64,000 nucleotides of DNA from Rhodospirillales bacterium (GTDB lineage: Bacteria; Pseudomonadota; Alphaproteobacteria; Bin95): the NCBI GenBank assembly GCA_038143065.1, contig JAYQLI010000035.1, forward strand, positions 320,001-384,000, in the 5' to 3' direction. The translations under genes were made by a program, and so were the position numbers. Positions 63,434-64,000 of the stretch are shown piece after piece. Position 1 is the stretch's first letter; each line of letters begins with the position of its first letter. The notes below the pieces were generated by a model. That model did not search any database. It had not been told where the DNA came from and saw only the letters and a program-made list of their open reading frames with translations.

Positions 63434-64000
63434 TCATTTTGAAGATTGCGCTACCTTTGAAACAGTGGCCTGATCAAACCCAGCCAGTTGTTTATATTTT
63501 GCAGCTACTTGTTCTCTTTCTTCCCTGCTAATTACATCATCTAGGTTTTTGAACCCATCAGGTGCTCTTTCGTGAACAATTTGCATTATTTCGTCGGGTC
63601 CTTGTCGTCGATTGGCAGCTACTATTGCTGCCGTGGCGGGAAGACGCTCAGCCTCGTACTTCTTAAGCGCTCCAGGGATATCGAATTTATCCTCCGCAAT
63701 GAAATTTGCTAAAGTTCGGGCATCGATAATTGCTTGGCTCGCACCGTTTGAACCTATTGGATACATTGGATGAGCGGCATCACCTAACAAAGTGACGGGC
63801 CCAAAACTCCATGCTGCAACAGGGTCTCGGTCAACCATTGGGAATTCAAAAATTTCGTTGGTGCTTTCAGCCAGCTTGGGATAGTCCAGCCAATCGTAAA
63901 CCCATTCCTTAAACTCTGGGAGAAAATCTTCTTTACGGCCTGCTTTATTCCAGCTCTCTTTGGTTGGAGCTGGATCGCCAGGTTGGCCAAGTGTGAGTTC
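63434..64000 (-). CDS. Flavin-dependent monooxygenase (salicylate hydroxylase/UbiH-like), 3' part; runs off the right edge
   Basis: PMVDRDP..WS.GPVTLLGDAAHPMYPIGSNGASQAI.DA, YEAERLP. Confidence 0.88.
   Translation of the reverse strand, partial: ELTLGQPGDPAPTKESWNKAGRKEDFLPEFKEWVYDWLDYPKLAESTNEIFEFPMVDRDPVAAWSFGPVTLLGDAAHPMYPIGSNGASQAIIDARTLANFIAEDKFDIPGALKKYEAERLPATAAIVAANRRQGPDEIMQIVHERAPDGFKNLDDVISREEREQVAAKYKQLAGFDQATVSKVAQSSK

Noticed and set aside
1-64000. CRISPR arrays, prophage, IS elements, rRNA, defence systems
   Set aside because: I saw no regularly spaced repeats, terminal inverted repeats with a transposase, phage structural genes or rRNA-like sequence. DUF429 alone is not evidence of a defence system, and mazG is the housekeeping two-domain type.

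Overview
Chromosomal segment of an Alphaproteobacterium, probably a marine Rhodospirillales-like lineage. The taxonomy is inferred from gene order (rnd-lptCAB-rpoN-ptsN; tatABC-serS-surE-pcm-nlpD; ibpA-DUF1150) and from protein style. About 70 genes are densely packed. They comprise housekeeping genes (hflX, mazG, hisI, sufE, pyrC, argE, pyk, uvrC, rnd, lptCAB, rpoN, ptsN, argG, tatABC, serS, surE, pcm, nlpD), two tRNAs (Glu-TTC, Leu-CAG) and many small-molecule catabolic enzymes (CoA transferases, MDR/SDR oxidoreductases, a TcuA-like flavoprotein, tandem metallo-lactonases, TauD + thiolase/DUF35, FAH). By my count about 30 genes, including housekeeping ones, are split by single-base indels, mostly in homopolymers. 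This points to uncorrected long-read error rather than pseudogenes, so split genes are reported as single spans. I saw no transposase, integrase, phage gene or CRISPR array. Most notable: (1) a cysteine-free BCP/PrxQ peroxiredoxin, only partly called by the ORF track, whose catalytic codon is an in-frame TGA (PxxxTxxU, a selenoprotein). It lies next to a phosphotransferase and the TIGR04283/TIGR04282 'rSAM/selenodomain-associated' transferase pair, with no radical SAM partner in the window. (2) An unrecognised ~110-nt structured element upstream of a DJ-1/PfpI protein lacking its catalytic Cys. (3) A sigma32 promoter plus ROSE-like thermometer at the small heat-shock gene. (4) Loss of Zn-ligand cysteines in HisI and DUF35. 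(5) A truncated Cys/Met PLP-enzyme gene directly upstream of uvrC. All family assignments come from motif recognition, not database searches.
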